A DNA stretch of 63,563 nucleotides, counting the filler, from an uncultured bacterium (GTDB lineage: Bacteria; CAYUVA01): the NCBI GenBank assembly GCA_964448115.1. It is 5 parts of 4 records of this genome, joined end to end, with 100 filler letters (N's around TTAATTAATTAA, not from the genome) between each part and the next. Parts side by side here need not be neighbours in the genome. Positions count along the whole stretch, not along the records: positions 8,364 to 23,051 come from CAYUVA010000007.1; 4 more parts are not named here. One strand, 5' to 3'. The notes below the pieces were generated by a model that searched no databases, was not told where the DNA came from, and saw nothing but the letters and a program-made list of their open reading frames with translations. Below are positions 11,043 through 20,996 of the stretch, piece by piece. Numbering within the stretch: position 1 is the stretch's first letter; each line of letters begins with the position of its first letter. A program made the translations under genes and the position numbers.

Positions 11043-11807
11043 ATGGTATCGAGACTCACTATCATATTATATTGTCTTGCCTTTATAACCGCAGCCATTA
11101 CCGGCTGCAGCGCAAATCCATCTCCTGAAGAAGCTAAGCAACAAGCCTCAAAACGAGAGGAACTGGACAAGGCGATCCTACAGGCAATCAATGAACAAAA
11201 TAGAAACATGAAGATCTTGGTGGAAAACGAGAAGCTGATCATCGAAGGCTTGCGCATCATCTATGAATCCAACCAGATGATCTTGACCTACCTGTCCAAG
11301 GTAAATGATAAACTCGCCCTGGACCTGCATGAGGCAGCCGGCAAGAAGCCGAGCGAGGTTTCCGAAGGGACAGTTATAGCAGCAGAGGTTGTAGAAAAAA
11401 CGCCCAGGATGAGCAAAACACTTCATCAATTGTCGCCGCAGGATCTCTTCAAGGGAGCATTGTCTCTTTATGAAAAAAAGGACTTCAACCAGGCGATCCT
11501 AAAGCTCGAAGAGTTCATCGCCCGATACCCACAAAACGATTTGGTGCAAAGAGCTTATTTCGTTAAGGCTGAGTCATACTATTACCTGAACGATTTCCGA
11601 ACCGCGCTCGATGAATTCACCAAGTTCGTCTTTCGTTACCCCAATTCAGAGATGCTCGCAAAGGCAAGTCTTTATATAGCCCTATGTTTCAAGGGATTAG
11701 ATAACATAACTGCTGCTACCAATGCACTGGAGAAGATCATCGCTGACTATCCGCGGACAATCGAGGCACAAAGGGCAAAAGAGGAATTGGAAGCCCTGAG
11801 CAGGTAG
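11043..11807 (+). CDS. CpoB/YbgF-like TPR lipoprotein
   Basis: Lipobox ITGC after ATG 11043, coiled coil, C-terminal TPRs with FIARYP / FVFRYPNS / IIADYP. Confidence 0.75.
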   Translation: MVSRLTIILYCLAFITAAITGCSANPSPEEAKQQASKREELDKAILQAINEQNRNMKILVENEKLIIEGLRIIYESNQMILTYLSKVNDKLALDLHEAAGKKPSEVSEGTVIAAEVVEKTPRMSKTLHQLSPQDLFKGALSLYEKKDFNQAILKLEEFIARYPQNDLVQRAYFVKAESYYYLNDFRTALDEFTKFVFRYPNSEMLAKASLYIALCFKGLDNITAATNALEKIIADYPRTIEAQRAKEELEALSR

Positions 11808-11821
11808 GGAGTCTATGGGCG

Positions 11822-13711
11822 ATGCTGAAGAAGATTGTCCTTTCCATGGTCTTCTTTTTCTATATCTTACTTCTTGCAGAATTATCGCTGCGCTTTTTAG
11901 CTTCCTTCTACTCGTGGCGTGTCTTTAGGCAATCGAGGTCAACTCAGCGTGATAATGTCTATCGCATCGACTGCTTCGGCGATTCGCATGTCTTTGGCAT
12001 GGGAGCGCCTTTGGGTATGGGTTTTCCCGAACAGTTGCAGAAGCTGCTCGATAGGTATGCAGATAGCAACATGACCTTCCAGGTAAGGAACCGGGGACAG
12101 CCAGGCTACAACAGCTCGCAGGTGCTCGAATTTATGAAAAAAAGAGCATTCGATGATCCACCTGACCTGATAATTGTCTGGGCGGGGATTAACAATAGAT
12201 GGAATCTTCAGGAATCCAATATCCATGAGCTTATTCCACCTGAGTCGATAATGAGCGCTATTTATCACTACTCATTCTTGGCTATCCAAGACATCCGCTT
12301 GTATAAGGCGGGCATGTATCTGGTAAAGGGAGCTGATTTCGAGCGCTGGCGTGAGCCGAATACAAGCGACTCATATAGGGAACTGCTGCTGAGCGCTGAG
12401 AGCCAGAGGATTCTTATACAACATGATTACGAAAAGATGAAGCAGTTTGCTGATAGGCTTGGCTGTGAGATTCTATTCATAGCATATCCTTTTTATCGAA
12501 CAGTCACAGAGGTATTGGAGCAAGAGGAGTATCATTTCATAGACACTAAACCGATATTCGAGTCAACACTGCCTTTACAACTCATATATCGGGCTGATGA
12601 CCATCCAAATGTCATCGGATATCATCTCATTGCCTGGCAGGCGCTCTATTATCTTGTTGATCATAAGATGCTGCCGGTTACTTATTATAAGAAATCATTT
12701 TCTACTAATAATGTTTATTTTAAGCAAAGGTCGTTTCTTAAAATAATCAAACAGTTCTTTGGGAACCTAGGAAGAGTTGAGCCAATAGACGAGTTATCCC
12801 CATTGAGCGATAAGTATGAGCGTATCAGACCAAATGATGCTTCCTTTAGATTTGAGCTGATCCTAAAAAATGGTGAGCCTTTTATGATAAATAATCGCGA
12901 CGAAGCCTTCAAATCGAAGTACCATGCCTTGCCACAAACTCAATTGCCAGCGCTTTTATTCAAGTATCTATTTGGTGAACCCCATCAGGTCATCGAATCC
13001 TCTACTGATGAAGATTACGCCCAGGTCCTTGATGAGCTATGGATCTATAAAGACAATGGCACAGAGTACCGCGCTTTGATCAACAACGAGAAGGTTAAAC
13101 AAGTGTTCTTTGGATATACTTTGAGCAATGGGTCGCTTATCGCTCCTGGGGTGATCCAATATGGAATGGATCAGGAGCAGTTCTTTATACTCTTTGGGGA
13201 ACCTGAATGCAGGCTGTTAGTCCAAGAACCAAAAGGCATCGAGGTATGGGTATTCAGCAGATATCTTGTGTTTTTCCATAATAGAAAGCTGAGTCAAGTA
13301 TGTCGATTCACCAATGAGATCTTTGAGGATGACAGTTTCGGTTACGAAAGCTGTAAGCGCGGAGAACTAAAATTAAAGGATTTTATAAACACTTTCGATT
13401 ACCGCTTGAATCCAGTGGAGTCTATTTATCATCGCGATAGGATGATCCGGCTCATCGAGGATCCTTATCAAGGGGCAGTTTACGACTTCGACCCCATTAC
13501 AAGCCTTTTAGTCAAGGATAACAACGGCATCATAGAAATGTTTATTCCCACCGTTTATGACAAAACAGCAAAACCAGGTACTGAAGAACTCATTTTTATA
13601 GAACGCCCGCGAGGAAATACATACTACTATATACATGTTGATGAATTGGAAATAATGATCGATTCAAGTACAAACCAGGTCATCGAGGTAATGCGATGTC
13701 TAGCGAGATGA
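11822..13711 (+). CDS. SGNH/GDSL hydrolase domain protein with unknown C-terminal domain
   Basis: TM anchor LLLAELSLR, FGDSH block I, NRGQPGYNS, GINN, DDHPN. Confidence 0.75.
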   Translation: MLKKIVLSMVFFFYILLLAELSLRFLASFYSWRVFRQSRSTQRDNVYRIDCFGDSHVFGMGAPLGMGFPEQLQKLLDRYADSNMTFQVRNRGQPGYNSSQVLEFMKKRAFDDPPDLIIVWAGINNRWNLQESNIHELIPPESIMSAIYHYSFLAIQDIRLYKAGMYLVKGADFERWREPNTSDSYRELLLSAESQRILIQHDYEKMKQFADRLGCEILFIAYPFYRTVTEVLEQEEYHFIDTKPIFESTLPLQLIYRADDHPNVIGYHLIAWQALYYLVDHKMLPVTYYKKSFSTNNVYFKQRSFLKIIKQFFGNLGRVEPIDELSPLSDKYERIRPNDASFRFELILKNGEPFMINNRDEAFKSKYHALPQTQLPALLFKYLFGEPHQVIESSTDEDYAQVLDELWIYKDNGTEYRALINNEKVKQVFFGYTLSNGSLIAPGVIQYGMDQEQFFILFGEPECRLLVQEPKGIEVWVFSRYLVFFHNRKLSQVCRFTNEIFEDDSFGYESCKRGELKLKDFINTFDYRLNPVESIYHRDRMIRLIEDPYQGAVYDFDPITSLLVKDNNGIIEMFIPTVYDKTAKPGTEELIFIERPRGNTYYYIHVDELEIMIDSSTNQVIEVMRCLAR

Positions 13712-15928
13712 TCCTCTTCGATCATCACCCTCCCCAGGTTCAATGAATGTCCTAAATACAGGTATTGCCTGTTCATCTCTTTGTATGAAGAGCTTCAAGG
13801 TCGATACTCTCGACTCGCGAGCCATCTTAATATCCAGAATCAGCCAGTAATGTTTATCCTCGATTCGGGTCATAATATAAAGTAGATCATCCCATAGGGT
13901 TAACTCCTGTAAAGCCAGCAGACTGGGGATTCTGTGTGAAGTAACCCTGATGGAGTGATTGAGATCCTCTATAACCACCAAGCTGCATAAGTTCCCTGGA
14001 TTCGAGATTGCAATGGTGAACTCGATTTGATCTTCAATATCCAAGATCGGGTTGGAAGCGTAAAGGATATTAAAGGGGACTACTGCTTGATCCATAACAT
14101 CAGCCAAGGTTATGTTGCTGTCAATAAAGCGGTAAAAACATGGCTCTTCGCATAGCTCCAACCTTAAAGGTTCAGGTATTCTCTCGGTTCGGTTGGGATA
14201 TTGAGCACAAATCGACTTAGCTTTTGAATACAGTCTGTAGGGAAAAACATCTGAGGATTCCCAAAAGTTATCGAATGATAACTCGGAGTTATCAAAAAGT
14301 ATTCCCTGGAGACTGTTATCGATAAATACAGCAAATTTAGGATTGGGTTCACCAAAGACGACCATCTGTGTGTCTGGTTCTAATTCATAAGAGGCGATTA
14401 TTTTAGGATATGGTATGATCAGCCCCATGTTCAGGTCAAATCTGTAGTTGAGGGGGGTTCTATTCCCATCTGCATTTCTTAGGTATTCAAATAATCCACC
14501 CTTGTCATCGACTAGCCTTCCGCTGTAATCGATTGTATAGCTTGCGATCGGCTTGGTAGAATCGCGAGTCCATGAACGCTGGCGCATTACTGCCCACCTG
14601 GAGATGATTGCGTAATCGCAAGGCTGCTGATTGCAGAAATCATAACCATATCGCTCTAACAAGTATTCAACGACCCAAAGCACGGAGTTTTCATTGTAGC
14701 CGTAAATGATTGGAGCAAGCTTGTCATCACATTTATCTCTATAGTCAGTTATCACCTGATGAACTAAAGCAGCTCTTTGCGCTGGGGAACACATCATAGA
14801 TTTAAAAGCATTACAAGCATGGAGATAAAGCCAACCCGAGAAGACGAGAAGGACAACTAGGAGCACCAACGCGATCAGCTTGCCAGGTTTGTTAACAATC
14901 CATCTCAAAAAGAGAAGAAATAAACCGACCAAAACTATGTGAAATATCAAGTAGTTTCTGTATTGATTTAAGTAATATGAGGGATAAATGGTTGCTAAAC
15001 CCACCAGAGGAAGTATCGATAAAAGCCCGAACAACAACAAATATAAAGTCTGAGCGCTGAAACCTGATGGATAGCGTATAAGCAAGAATATAAGGCTAAC
15101 AATAAAAAATAAAGGGATGATTAGATGAACCCATGATGGATTTGTGTATAAGAACGAAAAACTTCTCTCATTAGCTAACCCAAAGATAGTTGCCACTCCA
15201 TTCGCAACCAACTGGGGATAAACATTGGTAATCAGCGAAAAAAGCTGTCCCTTATAGTCATCAGAAGGTTCTCTGATCGGCTCGAATAACAAAAAAATGG
15301 TAATGAAAGCAGCAATGAGGATACCAATATCACGATAAAATCTAATATCTTTTAATTTTCTTTTCTTGAGCGTATCGATAAAAAGCATAATTGAAAAAAA
15401 TAATGGTATAAATATGGCGTTCTCCTTTGAGATCATTCCTGAGATCATCGCAAAGAGAGCGTATCCAAAAAGCCTGGTATTATTTGTTCGCATATATCTC
15501 CAAAACAACCAGGCAGAGAGTATTATGAAGATGAAAGATAAATAACAATATGCATGTCCGTAAGTATAAAGATTATCAAGGTTGCTATACAGGGACATTA
15601 TTATGATTACAGATAGAAAGCCAAGTAAACGATTACTTAACAAGCCTTTCATAAGTATGTAAACAACGATACAGAGAAAGCCAAAAAGTGATACCAGGAT
15701 TATTTGATCAAGGATTGGCGAATGGGATACGGAAGATGCTAGAGTCCTTAAAAGTAACCGAGACAAGAAAACATGATCTAAAGCGCTGTCTCCCAGGAAC
15801 CAATCAACCTCGTCCGTGTCCCAGAAGTAAAGCCCTATCAGGGGACTAGCAAGGTAAAGGGCAGTCCCTATGATGAGAAAACAAAAAGTAAAATCCTTCC
15901 AGTTGAAGCTGACCTTCATAGAGTGCAT
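13700..15928 (-). CDS. Multi-pass membrane protein (GT-C glycosyltransferase-like) with soluble C-terminal domain
   Basis: About 10 TM segments, early acidic loop FWDTDE, SKENA motif. Confidence 0.55.
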   Translation of the reverse strand: MHSMKVSFNWKDFTFCFLIIGTALYLASPLIGLYFWDTDEVDWFLGDSALDHVFLSRLLLRTLASSVSHSPILDQIILVSLFGFLCIVVYILMKGLLSNRLLGFLSVIIIMSLYSNLDNLYTYGHAYCYLSFIFIILSAWLFWRYMRTNNTRLFGYALFAMISGMISKENAIFIPLFFSIMLFIDTLKKRKLKDIRFYRDIGILIAAFITIFLLFEPIREPSDDYKGQLFSLITNVYPQLVANGVATIFGLANERSFSFLYTNPSWVHLIIPLFFIVSLIFLLIRYPSGFSAQTLYLLLFGLLSILPLVGLATIYPSYYLNQYRNYLIFHIVLVGLFLLFLRWIVNKPGKLIALVLLVVLLVFSGWLYLHACNAFKSMMCSPAQRAALVHQVITDYRDKCDDKLAPIIYGYNENSVLWVVEYLLERYGYDFCNQQPCDYAIISRWAVMRQRSWTRDSTKPIASYTIDYSGRLVDDKGGLFEYLRNADGNRTPLNYRFDLNMGLIIPYPKIIASYELEPDTQMVVFGEPNPKFAVFIDNSLQGILFDNSELSFDNFWESSDVFPYRLYSKAKSICAQYPNRTERIPEPLRLELCEEPCFYRFIDSNITLADVMDQAVVPFNILYASNPILDIEDQIEFTIAISNPGNLCSLVVIEDLNHSIRVTSHRIPSLLALQELTLWDDLLYIMTRIEDKHYWLILDIKMARESRVSTLKLFIQRDEQAIPVFRTFIEPGEGDDRRGSSR

Positions 15929-15961
15929 CTTTATGGTATTTGTTTTGTCTCGCTTGTGAGC

Positions 15962-16759
15962 TTAAACATTCTCCGCTAACCGTGGGCTATGCGTGCTGAA
16001 AACTAGTATACCGAAGCTCAAGGAAAAAATGGTAAACAACACCACCTTGGTCATTGCTTGGATATTAGGCATTTGCCCATAAAGCAGCAGGTCTCGGTAG
16101 ATCTCCGTGAAGACGGTCATGGGGTTGAGCAAATACAAGCGCTCAAAAAACGGCGGTAATTGCTCCACGAGCCGCATCGGATACACGATCGGGGTCAACC
16201 AGAACCATATAGTCAGGAATACCTCTAATAAGTGCTTGATATCTCTGAAGAAAACATACAAAGAAGCTAACATCAGCGAAAGTCCGATAGTAAAAAGAGT
16301 ATGAAGTAGTATCGTTGCCGGCAACAGCACTAGCACCCAGCTAAGCTGCACCTTCCAGAAAAAAAGCGCTGGAAAAAGGATAAAAAAGGTGAGCAGGAAG
16401 TTGACCAGGTTGGAGAGCACTATCGATATCGGTAAAATCTCGCGAGGGAAGTATATCTTCTTTATCAGGTTGGCATTATCGACCAGCGAGCTTACCGACA
16501 TGGATAGCGACTGGGAGAAAAAAGCCCAGGGCAGAAAGGCGCACATAAAAAAAAGCGGGAAGTTGGTAACTCCGCCGATCTCGCGTATCCTGAGCACATA
16601 ATCGAAGGCGAAGGTATAGACTATTAGCATTAACAGCGGATTGAGCAGGGACCATAAAAAGCCTATGGCAGAGCCTTTGTACTTTATCTTAAGGTCGCGT
16701 ATGACCAGGTTGCGGGTCAGCTCCCTGTAAAGCAAAAAGTCTTTCAGTCCCTTGAACAT
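15962..16759 (-). CDS. ABC-2 polysaccharide export permease (Wzm-like)
   Basis: RDLKIKYKGSAIGFLWSLLNP, IKKIYFPRE, TPIVYP, LNPM motifs. Confidence 0.92.
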   Translation of the reverse strand: MFKGLKDFLLYRELTRNLVIRDLKIKYKGSAIGFLWSLLNPLLMLIVYTFAFDYVLRIREIGGVTNFPLFFMCAFLPWAFFSQSLSMSVSSLVDNANLIKKIYFPREILPISIVLSNLVNFLLTFFILFPALFFWKVQLSWVLVLLPATILLHTLFTIGLSLMLASLYVFFRDIKHLLEVFLTIWFWLTPIVYPMRLVEQLPPFFERLYLLNPMTVFTEIYRDLLLYGQMPNIQAMTKVVLFTIFSLSFGILVFSTHSPRLAENV

Positions 16760-16817
16760 CTTCTATTCTCCGATTATTTTTATACTAAGTATTGTACTTA
16801 AATTATTAAGTATTATT

Positions 16818-17933
16818 TTAAATTATAGGTTTTGGCAGAAATAACTCTCTAATTGCCTGAAATGCAAAATTGTCTGTTAGTGTTGATAGAAAGTCTATCA
16901 CTATCCTTTGATATAAAAGTTCATTATTATTGTACTCTGGTTCCTCCGAAAAATATAAAAATTTTCGATCTAAAATGAACTTACCGAATATTATAATAAA
17001 TCTATGCTTTGATTTCATATACTTCTCAAAATCATCTTCAAACTCATTTATTTTATTAACTAATATATCAAACAACGCGTTTAAAATATCCTTAACAGAG
17101 ATTTTATATTCTATAATATTGGGATGACTATATATTCTTTCATAATTATACTTAAATAATTTTTCCATCAAATCTCTATTTTTACTAGATAATTGAATAT
17201 TTTCTGAGTTCGAATTATCAATCAAATCTCCAACGAAAAAATCAACTATTTCGCCGTTTTTGCTGCCTATTTGGGCAGCAATATTTCCAGGTATTTCTGT
17301 CTCCTTTATTAAACCTGCGATTATTGCATCTTCAAGATCTCTTCCCAGATATGCTATTTTATCGACCATCCTTACTATACAACCTTCATAAGTAAAAGGA
17401 TATGAATTGCCTTTCAAATTAGGGGAGACTGACGGGGAAATACAATAATCCAATTTTTCTCCACAATGATTTACGATTCCATCTCGTACTGCCTGTGTAA
17501 GATTTAAGCCGATCAAAGGCTTTCGGTTTCTTGGTTTCTCGATTTTATCAACTATTCTAAGGCTATGTCTTTCGTGCTTGAAGCCTCCTATATCTTTTGC
17601 CAGTTTGTTGAGAACTTCCTCACCAGCATGACCGAAAGGTGGATGACCAAGGTCGTGTCCAAGACCTATGGCACTAGCCAGCATCGGCTCACATTCAATC
17701 CCTTTCGCATGAAGTGCTTGACAGACAATGAATGATATAGTTGCCACATAAAGCGAGTGATCTAGTCGAGTGCAAACATGATCATTTTGAGAATAGAAAA
17801 AAACCTGCGTTTTATGTCTTAGACGCCTGAAGGCATGAGAGTATAATATTGCAGTATAATCTCGATCAAATTCTCCGCGCCCTTGCCCTAAATGCTCAAT
17901 CTTTTCTTGTCTTTGGATCCGTGGATTCATCAA
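16818..17933 (-). CDS. dgt: HD-domain dNTP triphosphohydrolase (dGTPase)
   Basis: FRRLRHKTQVF, TRLDHS, HDLGHPPFGHAGE, DKIAYLGRDLED, LTDNFA; start uncertain. Confidence 0.88.
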   Translation of the reverse strand: MMNPRIQRQEKIEHLGQGRGEFDRDYTAILYSHAFRRLRHKTQVFFYSQNDHVCTRLDHSLYVATISFIVCQALHAKGIECEPMLASAIGLGHDLGHPPFGHAGEEVLNKLAKDIGGFKHERHSLRIVDKIEKPRNRKPLIGLNLTQAVRDGIVNHCGEKLDYCISPSVSPNLKGNSYPFTYEGCIVRMVDKIAYLGRDLEDAIIAGLIKETEIPGNIAAQIGSKNGEIVDFFVGDLIDNSNSENIQLSSKNRDLMEKLFKYNYERIYSHPNIIEYKISVKDILNALFDILVNKINEFEDDFEKYMKSKHRFIIIFGKFILDRKFLYFSEEPEYNNNELLYQRIVIDFLSTLTDNFAFQAIRELFLPKPII

Positions 17934-18105
17934 ATGGTTCCATATTATTCTTTCCGTTTTCGTTGCGCCATTGTTGTAGCACTATTTCCGCTTCTTGTTC
18001 TAAGGATGGCAAGTCTCCATTTAATGATATATTATCAAGCCCAAAAGGGTCGTGAATTGGGAGAATGATCGTCTCTGCTTTATTGTGATTCTTTGCTCGG
18101 GTCAT
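17896..18105 (-). CDS. Small hypothetical ORF (69 aa) overlapping the dGTPase start, or its frameshifted N-terminus
   Basis: Strong AAAGGAG RBS before ATG 18105; 38-nt overlap with the dGTPase ORF. Confidence 0.55.
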   Translation of the reverse strand: MTRAKNHNKAETIILPIHDPFGLDNISLNGDLPSLEQEAEIVLQQWRNENGKNNMEPFDESTDPKTRKD

Positions 18106-18128
18106 CTGTTACTCCTTTCATTAGTATT

Positions 18129-18158
18129 AAAATACTTTGTTATTAGCTTCACTGTCAA
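18129..18158 (-). promoter_or_regulatory. Putative sigma70 promoter for the dGTPase cassette
   Basis: TTGACA-18 nt-TATTTT on the minus strand. Confidence 0.4.
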
Positions 18159-18176
18159 GATGAATCATGGTTGAAA

Positions 18177-18986
18177 TCAATCTTCATACTCCAGCGCCTT
18201 GTCGATCAGGTGCTGCTTTGTGTAGTGTCCCAAGGTCATTATCTTGAACATACCTTCTTTGCCCAGCAGGCGAAGACGAATCTGAATCGGGCTTAAACCC
18301 TTTGAGTAAAGCTCCTTGGAGCGCTCGATAAGCTCTTCATAGAAGCTTAGTTTAGTTCTCAACGCGCTTGCAGGATGGCGCTCGATCCTCCCGTGGCTGC
18401 AATAGAGCACCCTGGCATCAAGCTCGATTAGCTTTTTTAGCGAACTTAAGAACTCCTCCAGGCTCTCCTCGGGGCGCATCACCTTGACTCGCTCGTTTAT
18501 AAACATATCGCCGGTGAAGAGCCAGCCATATTTAGGCTCGAAGAGGCAGATATGCTCTGGGCTGTGTCCCGGCGTGTGGATTATCTTGAATAGATGCTTA
18601 TCCGTGTACACCTCGTCTGTCTCCAAAGGGGAAGCCTCCTCGCCGTTTATGTTTCCCCAGATAAGGCGCCGATAGGCTTGCATCTCACCTCTTAGCCTCC
18701 CAAGCTCATCAATACCTAAAGGGTGAATCTTGGGGGTTATGCCGAGTTCCTGCTTGATAACAGGATTGTTGCCCGCATGATCCTCGTGGTGATGCGTGTT
18801 GACCACCTGCTCGATAACGAGTTCCTTTATAATGCGACGGATCTCCTGGCTATTTCGAGGCTGTCCGGTATCGATAAGAAGCTTGTCAACATAAAAAAGA
18901 CAGACCATGTAAACGCTCTTTCCGAACAGGCGCGAATAGGAACGAAGGCGGATGATCCCGTTATCCAACAGGTCTTTCCTTATCAT
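18177..18986 (-). CDS. Metallo-beta-lactamase fold hydrolase
   Basis: LIDTG, THHHEDHAG, HTPGHS, FTGD, SHG. Confidence 0.9.
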   Translation of the reverse strand: MIRKDLLDNGIIRLRSYSRLFGKSVYMVCLFYVDKLLIDTGQPRNSQEIRRIIKELVIEQVVNTHHHEDHAGNNPVIKQELGITPKIHPLGIDELGRLRGEMQAYRRLIWGNINGEEASPLETDEVYTDKHLFKIIHTPGHSPEHICLFEPKYGWLFTGDMFINERVKVMRPEESLEEFLSSLKKLIELDARVLYCSHGRIERHPASALRTKLSFYEELIERSKELYSKGLSPIQIRLRLLGKEGMFKIMTLGHYTKQHLIDKALEYED

Positions 18987-19134
18987 TAGCTTTACCCTAA
19001 AGTAGCATTATCTTATCAAGCAGCTTCTCTTTGATATTTTTTTTCTAAGAGTATGTCAATAACCCGAAGCAGATAGACCTTGAATATTGTGAACCTATAA
19101 TATAGACTCAAATGGATATTTGAATAGATGACAA

Positions 19135-19950
19135 ATGCAAGATAAAGAGACAAAAGGCAACGGCAGCATTACTATCGCCATGGCGAATCAAAAAGGCGGG
19201 GTAGGGAAGACCACCACCACCTTGAATCTCGGTGCAGCAATAGCACAGCAAGGGAAGAAGGTGCTGCTGGTTGATCTCGATCCCCAGGCATCCCTCACCA
19301 TAAGCCTGCGCATCGATATCATAGCCTTAAAATATTCAATCTGCGATATCCTATCCAAGGTGGATGATGTAGAGGAGGAGGAGCTTTACAATCTAATAAG
19401 CTCCACCATCTTGAAGGTTTCTGACACTGAGCTTTACCTGATACCATCGCACATATCCCTTTCCAGCCTGGAGGTGAACCTGTTCAATGCCTATGGCAGG
19501 GAGCGAATACTGAAGAATGCACTCAGCTTGATCCAGGACGAATATGACCTGGTCATCATCGATTGTCCCCCTTCCCTAAGCCTTTTAACTACCAATGCAT
19601 TAACTGCTGCCGATTGCATCATAATACCGATCAGCACCGACTTTCTAGCCATCGAGGGTGCAAAACTGCTGTACAGAACCTACAAAGTGGTAAAAAAGAA
19701 ACTCAATCGCGACCTTAAAATACTTGGTATTCTAGCCACCAGGCATGACAAGCGGACAAGGCATAACAACGAAGCCCTCGAGGAGATAAGAAGGCTGTAT
19801 GGCGAACTAGTTTTTAACACCGTGATACACTCGTCGGTCGATCTAATGGACGCCAGCCTTAAGGGAGTCCCCGCCTATAAATATGACGCCGCCTCTCGAT
19901 GCGCTGGCGAATACCAATCACTGGCAAAGGAGGTCATCGACCGTGGCTAA
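19135..19950 (+). CDS. parA: ParA/Soj family ATPase
   Basis: [25 protein letters not shown]. Confidence 0.92.
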   Translation: MQDKETKGNGSITIAMANQKGGVGKTTTTLNLGAAIAQQGKKVLLVDLDPQASLTISLRIDIIALKYSICDILSKVDDVEEEELYNLISSTILKVSDTELYLIPSHISLSSLEVNLFNAYGRERILKNALSLIQDEYDLVIIDCPPSLSLLTTNALTAADCIIIPISTDFLAIEGAKLLYRTYKVVKKKLNRDLKILGILATRHDKRTRHNNEALEEIRRLYGELVFNTVIHSSVDLMDASLKGVPAYKYDAASRCAGEYQSLAKEVIDRG

Positions 19951-20893
19951 GAAAAGAACATCATTCTCCGAGAGAACCATACCCAAAGACACCATAGAGG
20001 AGAAAAAGGAGGAGAACCTCCACGAGCAATCCCCATTATTATCCGAGCAATTCATTGACCGCATCGTGGAGCTTCCCATCAACCTTATAACAGCCAATCC
20101 AGACCAACCGCGAAAAAACATAACTCCCTCCAGCATCAACGACCTCACAGAGTCGATAAAAGCACATGGGCTACTGCAACCGATCGTGGTTAGACCACAC
20201 GGCGATGGGTACCAGGTCATAGCTGGCGAACGAAGATACCTCGCCTGCAAGAAAGCCGGGCTGACCCGCATTCAAGCCCTGGTCAAGCAAAAGGATGATG
20301 AGCAGACCACAGTGCTCGCCTTGGTGGAGAACATCCAACGCGAGGATCTAAACGACATCGACAAGGCTGTTGCGCTTCGCGACCTGAAGAAAAGAACCAA
20401 CCGAAGCTGGGATGATATCGCAAAGGAAGTAGGCATATCAAAAAGATTAGTCTTCTTCTTGATAGCACTTTTAGACCTGCCAGAGCAGATGAAGGAAGCA
20501 ATCCGCAAGAAGAAGCTCTACGAGAAGCATGGTAGAGCGCTGCGCAAGCTACAAAAAGATCCCGCCAGACAGCAAGAGCTTTTCGAGCTCTTGTTAAAAC
20601 AGAAGCCCTCCGGGGACGATTCCATAAAGATCGCCACCGAGATGCTCAAGCCCAAAGAGCCGATCAGCGCTACTGAGGCTTATGCCGCAATCTTCAAGGA
20701 AAAGCCACAACAGGCTCAGAACCAGATCGAAAAGAAGGACTACATCGCCCTGACCCAATCCAAGGTCTCCAGCCTGCGGAAATTCTTGGATAGGCTTCCC
20801 ATCAAAGAGCTTGACAAGTCTGAGAAGAAAGGGCTTTCCAGGGAGCTTGATTCGCTCAGCAACTACCTGGAGAGTATCAGAAAAAAGCTCTAG
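19943..20893 (+). CDS. parB: ParB/Spo0J family partition protein
   Basis: [32 protein letters not shown] 19943 follows AAGGAGG and overlaps the parA stop. Confidence 0.9.
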   Translation: MAKKRTSFSERTIPKDTIEEKKEENLHEQSPLLSEQFIDRIVELPINLITANPDQPRKNITPSSINDLTESIKAHGLLQPIVVRPHGDGYQVIAGERRYLACKKAGLTRIQALVKQKDDEQTTVLALVENIQREDLNDIDKAVALRDLKKRTNRSWDDIAKEVGISKRLVFFLIALLDLPEQMKEAIRKKKLYEKHGRALRKLQKDPARQQELFELLLKQKPSGDDSIKIATEMLKPKEPISATEAYAAIFKEKPQQAQNQIEKKDYIALTQSKVSSLRKFLDRLPIKELDKSEKKGLSRELDSLSNYLESIRKKL

Positions 20894-20910
20894 CCTTAGA
20901 ATATTTGAAT

Positions 20911-20939
20911 TTGCCCCCGTTTATTTTTAGGGCTATAAT
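20911..20939 (+). promoter_or_regulatory. Sigma70-like promoter for the C25 protease gene
   Basis: TTGCCC-17 nt-TATAAT. Confidence 0.5.
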
Positions 20940-20996
20940 AAGCCTGTTGATATAGCAGATTGATCGAAAAATCGAATAAAGGAGATATAAAATACT

